The position numbers and the translations under genes were made by a program. Below the pieces are notes generated by a model that saw only the letters and a list, made by a program, of their open reading frames with translations, was not told the DNA's origin and made no database searches. A stretch of DNA of 64,000 nucleotides from Macrostomum lignano (Eukaryota), in contig NIVC01002567.1 of the NCBI GenBank assembly GCA_002269645.1, forward strand, positions 62,001 to 126,000, written 5' to 3'. Below are positions 63,490 to 64,000 of the stretch, piece by piece (position 1 is the stretch's first letter; each line of letters starts with the position of its first letter).

Positions 63490-64000
63490 AGAAGGTCCCA
63501 AACCATAGACTATATTGATTGACTGTAGCTGAGAGAGCAGAAGGTCCCAAACCATAGACTATATTGATTGACTGTAGCTGAGGGAGCAGAAGGTCCCAAA
63601 CCATAGACTATATTGATTGACTGTAGCTGAGGGAGCAGAAGGTCCCAAACCATATACTATATTGATTGACTTTGGCTGAGGGAGCAGAAGGTAACAAACC
63701 ATAGACTATATTGATTGACTGTAGCTGAGGGAGCAGAAGGTCCCAAACCATAGACTATATTGATGACTTTGGCTGAGGGAGCAGAAGGTCCCAAACCATA
63801 GACTATATTGATTGACTTGTAGCTGAGAGAGCAGAAGGTCCCAAACCATAGACTATATTGATTGACTGTAGCTGAGGGAGCAGAAGGTCCCAAACCATAG
63901 ACTATATTGATTGACTGTAGCTGAGGGAGCAGAAGGTCCCAAACCATATACTATATTGATTGACTTTGGCTGAGGGAGCAGAAGGTCCCAAACCATAGAC
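63490..64000. repeat. 49-bp minisatellite running off the window end
   Basis: Unit GAGGGAGCAGAAGGTCCCAAACCATAGACTATATTGATTGACTGTAGCT. Confidence 0.94.

Overview
This is eukaryotic (metazoan) genomic DNA: GT-AG spliced, GC-rich exons with poly-Ala/Gln tracts and introns filled with mini/microsatellites. The style is reminiscent of a free-living flatworm such as Macrostomum, but that is inference only. Host genes that can be read: cyclooxygenase (PTGS), SNX7/30-type sorting nexin, SLC25A34/35-type carrier, ZIP9, PEX2, SMCO4, a TNF/C1q-fold type II membrane protein, IFT27 and two PLAC8/cornifelin paralogs. Mobile DNA: a young but internally deleted Ty3/gypsy LTR element in a PEX2 intron, a decayed Penelope-like element (SGNH-like ORF, RT, GIY-YIG), tRNA-derived SINE copies and several MITEs. 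The most unusual segment is about 54.7-57.75 kb, between the two PLAC8 paralogs. It is an intronless, co-oriented minus-strand cassette whose broken frames spell a CRESS/circovirus-like SF3 helicase, a C2H2 zinc finger and a tyrosine recombinase, i.e. a candidate fossil virus-like or YR-mobilised DNA element. A second oddity is a roughly 7 kb AT-rich, almost CpG-free domain around a small CpG-retaining island that holds ZIP9 exon 1. All motif calls and counts are by eye; no database searches were run.
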